A stretch of 38,560 bases of DNA from a virus. Lineage: Duplodnaviria > Caudoviricetes. Below are positions 34,410 to 38,560 of this stretch, in pieces. Positions within the stretch are counted from its first letter, which is position 1. Every line of letters starts with the position of its first letter. The notes under the pieces are model-generated. The model was given only the letters and a program-made list of their open reading frames with translations. It was not told the origin of the DNA and did not search any database. Location: the IMG/VR virus record IMGVR_UViG_3300037195_000852, positions 1 to 38,560 of that record; one strand, 5' to 3'. Made by a program: the position numbers and the translations under genes.

Positions 34410-36983
34410 TTATTTTATAGGTCTCAATCTGTATAATATTGAAATATCATTTATTTCAAAATCTTTTCCAACAGTACCCGTCATATATAATGCAAAACTA
34501 TATATACCAGTTGCCTCAGATAGGTTCGTTGGGATAAGAGTGGCAATAGTTGTTGTAGTGCCAACGTCTAAGAGTGGTGTATTATCAGTATTAAATTGTT
34601 TGTTAGCTGAAGCACCATTGACATAGAAGTATAAAGCCATAGTATTGCAATCACCTTTATATGTAATATATACTTTCATTACCTTCTTAGTCTGAGAAGG
34701 AAAACCAAAATCTATATCTTTTGTAAAATAAATTATATCTTGCTCATCATCACTTGCCTCACCAATATCATAAATTTTTAAAGCTTGTACCTCAGATTGA
34801 GCTATAGTTAAATATCCCTCAGTGTCTATTAGAAAATTTGTATGCCTTATATCATTACCATTTGAAATAAAATTATAACCCTCAGTCCAAGATTGTGTCA
34901 TCATATTATATACCCAAGCATTATTATTGGTAGAATCATCCCCAATATCTTTAAGTACAATAATACTCTGTGTGCGTGGATCATATCCAACACATGGAAC
35001 ATTTACAGCATTCTTTGCTGACCCTGCAATAGCTTCTACAACACTACCCTCAGAAATATCCCAACTATTCGCTAGGTTGCCACTAATATTAAATTTCCCA
35101 CCTGTAAGCGAAATTACTTTACGACCATCATAAATAAAACATCCGTTTCTATTAGCAAATATAACGCCAAATTCAGCTGTAAATACCTGACATGGATTAG
35201 CTACCCCACAATCTCTAAAAATAGTCTCGGCATAATATGGTTCTGATGTTATATTTATTACATACATTGCATTTTCTCTAAATTGTAATATAGTATCTTC
35301 AAAAGCTGCAAGTGCTGTAATTGGAGAACCATCAGAAGAAGGAGAATCAAAAAAATTATACTGAGGAAATAGCCCAGGTCTTCCAGGCATAGAATACATC
35401 ATGCCATCAGGCGTATGCTTACTTTTAAATCTAACATTTCCGATAAATACAACCCCATTTTGACCAACTACTGAAGTTTTATATCTTACATCATGTGGTG
35501 TTGGCCCAGCAGCTCCATCAGCATTTATATCTGGCGATTTAGTATATACTTCATTTGCTAAATATCCATTTTTCGCAGCATATGTATAGACAGATGGAGG
35601 AGCATCAAACACAATACTAGATGTTAAAGTATGAACATCAGAAGTAATATCCCAAGAGGTAAATGAAGAATCAAGTGCCCCTTTTACACCATCTGCCAAA
35701 CTAATCTCTGCTAAAAGAAATCTTTCTGATGTGCCAACTTTTTTAAAATATACTCTAGCCCCTTCAATCCTTTTATTTCCCCCAAGGGGATTATCAGTGG
35801 TATGGGAAAGCGAAACATTGAAACCTAATTGATGGTTTGTAAATGCTATCCCATCTGAATTAGAGTTACTCCCATCATCATCTCCAGCCGAAGTTAGTCC
35901 CGTTTCCGTCCCGCCATCAAAAAGCCATGAAACATAAAAATAATAATTTACACCACCAGCAGTACCCCAAGAACCATCTCCTGAACTTCCTGTCGGTACA
36001 CATGATACTATCATTGACCCTGCTTCACTAGCATCCTCATCTGCTTGCTTAACCTTAACATCCTGTGCCCCCATGCCAGATGCTACGTCATCATCATATA
36101 TTGGAGAATCTAAAAGTGTATCACCTATAACCCAATCACTCACAGTTCCAACCTGATCTTCCCTATGAACCAACATCATGCATTGTCTTTCTGCTGTATG
36201 TGCAAAATTAGCATCACATACATAAAGACCATTATTAGCCCCATAAAATACAGGAGCAACATGAATATCAGCACCAAATTGTGAAATTGCAATTGCATCA
36301 GATATTGTACTAGGGGCTGTAGCATTGTCGGCCACTTCTATAAACCTACCATCCGATGAGGCAGAAATACGGCATACTTCGGAAACAGGTGGATCAGCCA
36401 ATGTATATCCACTTTTAAATATATAAATTCCATAACCTGGAGATGGAGCATGCCCTGAAGATATACCAGCAATTGTTGTAGTGGAAGATCCATCGGGGTA
36501 CTCGTTGCTTTTTAAATCTCCAAGAATCATAATTTTTCCAATTCTTGAAAAGGTTATATTTTGAGCATCTTGACATTCAATATCAGCTATATCACGTGGA
36601 GAAGATTTTCGATTAAGCCCCCCATGAAACTGAGATAATTGATATAATTTCTTTTTAGCACCACCAGTTTGTGGTAGAGGCTGGAAACCACCAGAAATAG
36701 CATTCCAATTAATAACACCACTTGGTGCTATAACACCAATATTAGAAACAGATGGAAGGGATGGAAGGGGCTTTGTTTGTATATCTTCATCAGCTCCCAA
36801 TGATGGAGAAGTATAGCCAGGCGGAGAACCGCCTTCATCAGTACCATTTCCACCACCACCATCATTACCATTACCATTACCTGGATCTGCAGCACATAAT
36901 ATTAAGTTTCCAGTATACTCAAAACTATCTTCGTATATTACATTGTTATCTATATCAAATATTATTTCATTGTAGATTTTCAC
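34410..36983 (-). CDS. Tail nozzle/hub (beta-propeller stabilisation) protein with a 108-aa N-terminal extension
   Basis: FHGGLN...DI N-terminal motif, DGSPITAL, GVANPCQV...GVIFAN..GCFIYDG and C-terminal TKDIDFG.P...KKVMKVYITYK...FEINDISILYR. GTG start is coupled to the upstream stop. Confidence 0.75.
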   Translation of the reverse strand: MKIYNEIIFDIDNNVIYEDSFEYTGNLILCAADPGNGNGNDGGGGNGTDEGGSPPGYTSPSLGADEDIQTKPLPSLPSVSNIGVIAPSGVINWNAISGGFQPLPQTGGAKKKLYQLSQFHGGLNRKSSPRDIADIECQDAQNITFSRIGKIMILGDLKSNEYPDGSSTTTIAGISSGHAPSPGYGIYIFKSGYTLADPPVSEVCRISASSDGRFIEVADNATAPSTISDAIAISQFGADIHVAPVFYGANNGLYVCDANFAHTAERQCMMLVHREDQVGTVSDWVIGDTLLDSPIYDDDVASGMGAQDVKVKQADEDASEAGSMIVSCVPTGSSGDGSWGTAGGVNYYFYVSWLFDGGTETGLTSAGDDDGSNSNSDGIAFTNHQLGFNVSLSHTTDNPLGGNKRIEGARVYFKKVGTSERFLLAEISLADGVKGALDSSFTSWDITSDVHTLTSSIVFDAPPSVYTYAAKNGYLANEVYTKSPDINADGAAGPTPHDVRYKTSVVGQNGVVFIGNVRFKSKHTPDGMMYSMPGRPGLFPQYNFFDSPSSDGSPITALAAFEDTILQFRENAMYVINITSEPYYAETIFRDCGVANPCQVFTAEFGVIFANRNGCFIYDGRKVISLTGGKFNISGNLANSWDISEGSVVEAIAGSAKNAVNVPCVGYDPRTQSIIVLKDIGDDSTNNNAWVYNMMTQSWTEGYNFISNGNDIRHTNFLIDTEGYLTIAQSEVQALKIYDIGEASDDEQDIIYFTKDIDFGFPSQTKKVMKVYITYKGDCNTMALYFYVNGASANKQFNTDNTPLLDVGTTTTIATLIPTNLSEATGIYSFALYMTGTVGKDFEINDISILYRLRPIK

Positions 36984-37132
36984 TATATACTGTTAATCAC
37001 TTTCTTTATTTTAGCCCATGCTTTATCATCTTTTTTAGACTTTGTAACTTTAACAGCTATATCTCCTACCTTTATAAGGAGTGGAATAAGACCATGTTTT
37101 GCTACAAATTTGCCTATTAATATTTTTAACAT
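36983..37132 (-). CDS. 49-aa amphipathic protein, holin-like
   Basis: MLKILIGKFVAKHGLIPLLIKVGDIAVKVTKSKKDDKAWAKIKKVINSI. Confidence 0.7.
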   Translation of the reverse strand: MLKILIGKFVAKHGLIPLLIKVGDIAVKVTKSKKDDKAWAKIKKVINSI

Positions 37133-37133
37133 A

Positions 37134-37277
37134 CTATTTACCTACTGATTTATAGATTGCTTTTTTAACTGATGTCCAAATTAGATCATCCCATTCTGTT
37201 GGGGATAGGGCAACAATTTTATCAATTGCAAGAATACCTATTACTGCATATTCCCAATTAGCCATTATAAATTCCAT
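37134..37277 (-). CDS. 47-aa membrane protein, holin-like
   Basis: MEFIMANWEYAVIGILAIDKIVALSPTEWDDLIWTSVKKAIYKSVGK; SD AAGGAG. Confidence 0.75.
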   Translation of the reverse strand: MEFIMANWEYAVIGILAIDKIVALSPTEWDDLIWTSVKKAIYKSVGK

Positions 37278-37300
37278 TGCTTATATTCTCCTTATTTTAT

Positions 37301-37774
37301 TTATTTAGATGCTATATAAATTTCCATATCAACATCGTCATCATCTGCGTCTACTGTAACTGATTTAAGGTCTCCAATTGAATAAGTTAGAGCACTGTCT
37401 TTTGCATCGATCATATCAGCCATTCCACCTGCTACATCTCCAATAATTATAAATGAATGTCCTTTGTCTACCTTTATAGCAAATTCATCGTCATCTTCAT
37501 TTGCAAAAGTTAAAATTACATGATTTGTATCATCAAGATTAGTAAACCTCATATACATTACATCTCCTACTATATAAGTACCTGCACCAATCGCAGCACC
37601 AAAATTTAATACAGTAGCCTCAGTGGTAGTAACTGTTACAAGTCTTCTTGTTACATCAACTATGCTTGGAATTGATATAGTTTGCTTACTACCATAATCT
37701 CTCTGATCAATCGTTAGAGACTCAGTAAGTGTAACAGTAAGAGTTGATCCTGCAAAACTAGTTATTCTTGCCAT
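37301..37774 (-). CDS. Beta-rich putative virion structural protein
   Basis: YMRFTNLDDTNHVIL motif; located in the late operon. Confidence 0.6.
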   Translation of the reverse strand: MARITSFAGSTLTVTLTESLTIDQRDYGSKQTISIPSIVDVTRRLVTVTTTEATVLNFGAAIGAGTYIVGDVMYMRFTNLDDTNHVILTFANEDDDEFAIKVDKGHSFIIIGDVAGGMADMIDAKDSALTYSIGDLKSVTVDADDDDVDMEIYIASK

Positions 37775-38028
37775 TACTTATTTTCTCCTTGTTTAAATAG
37801 TTTAATAACTATATCTTTAATTGTATTAACTGCTGTCATTGTTTTTTTTGTTTCATCCTTTGATTGTCTATTACTATCAATAAGTTTAACAGTAATATCA
37901 TATAAGTTTTTTATATCAGACTTTACATCCTTTGTTATAAATTTTATTAGATACATGAGAGCATAGCCTAGACCTATAGCAACAGCAACTGGTATTCCAA
38001 GTGTTTCTATTATTGAAAATATATCCAA
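37774..38028 (-). CDS. Single-TM plus coiled-coil protein (BhlA/UviB-like holin candidate)
   Basis: LGIPVAVAIGLGYALMYLIKFI followed by a coiled coil; SD GGAG and TTG start. Confidence 0.65.
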   Translation of the reverse strand: MDIFSIIETLGIPVAVAIGLGYALMYLIKFITKDVKSDIKNLYDITVKLIDSNRQSKDETKKTMTAVNTIKDIVIKLFKQGENK

Positions 38029-38067
38029 CCACTACTCCCATTATTTTAGTTTGCTTGCGAGTTCAAT

Positions 38068-38223
38068 TTATTTGATCTCTTTATATATTTTAATTATTAA
38101 ATACACTAAAGTTGCAACCCCTACGCCTAATGATACTATCTCTGGAAGCCAGCCACTAATTGATAACCACCATCCACTTACTCCTGCTCCTGTTGTTTTT
38201 AATGTGTCTACTATTCCATCCAT
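38068..38223 (-). CDS. 51-aa membrane protein, holin-like
   Basis: Start reassigned to MDGIVDTL, 1 nt after the upstream stop; hydrophobic core with basic C-terminus. Confidence 0.65.
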   Translation of the reverse strand: MDGIVDTLKTTGAGVSGWWLSISGWLPEIVSLGVGVATLVYLIIKIYKEIK

Positions 38224-38224
38224 A

Positions 38225-38560
38225 TTATTTATTATTAAGAAGATAATCAAGACCAAGCATTTTAATCAACTCTGGATTAGGCTTTAAATCCTCAACACTC
38301 TCAACACCCTTTAACTGATTTCCATATTTTTTTGACTCATCTACCTCTGCTACAATATCTAATATATTACCAGGTCTTAACGAGCCAGCGTCATCCCTAA
38401 AAGGAACTTGTTGTTGGGCATACCCAGTCTCACCAGATAGTGCTTGATATAAAATATCTAAAAGAGTACCTTTCGATGAAGCTCGCCTACTCCCAACATT
38501 AGAAGAAGTTGTTGAATAAGGAGCTAGAGCAGCCCCTTGATTCCAAGCACCAGAATATCC
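38225..38560 (-). CDS. C-terminal part of a hypothetical late protein; starts outside the window
   Basis: Open from 38560: GYSGAWNQGAALAPYS...PELIKMLGLDYLLNNK*. Confidence 0.65.
   Translation of the reverse strand, partial: GYSGAWNQGAALAPYSTTSSNVGSRRASSKGTLLDILYQALSGETGYAQQQVPFRDDAGSLRPGNILDIVAEVDESKKYGNQLKGVESVEDLKPNPELIKMLGLDYLLNNK

Noticed and set aside
1-38560. Alternative genetic code or stop-codon recoding
   Set aside because: Core genes are full length in the standard code and TAA, TAG and TGA all serve as coupled stops.

Overview
This window is most of the genome of an AT-rich tailed dsDNA phage with podovirus-like organisation, read in the standard genetic code and circularly permuted. 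The minus-strand left arm (<1-6853) carries the major capsid N-terminus, scaffold, portal, TerL, three small membrane or Cys/His-rich genes, an M15 endolysin, a Zn-ribbon protein and TerS. A divergent control region (6854-7698) holds tandem repeats, a hidden leftward mini-operon and a hairpin plus boxA-like element. The plus-strand arm (7699-22306) has about 25 small early genes joined by repeated RBS cassettes and structured intergenic RNAs. It continues with ParB-like, RHH, Cas4-like nuclease, Sak3-like annealase, SSB, DNA methyltransferase, DnaB and RuvC-like genes. I see no DNA polymerase, primase, RNA polymerase or stand-alone integrase. The minus-strand right arm (22303->38560) encodes four internal-virion (ejection) proteins, tail proteins and holin-like peptides. 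The most striking feature is a full-length tyrosine-recombinase module plus a ParB/Srx module embedded in the 2312-aa putative ejection protein, which suggests a virion-packaged, injected recombinase or DNA-binding system. All family assignments come from motif recognition by eye; no database searches were run.
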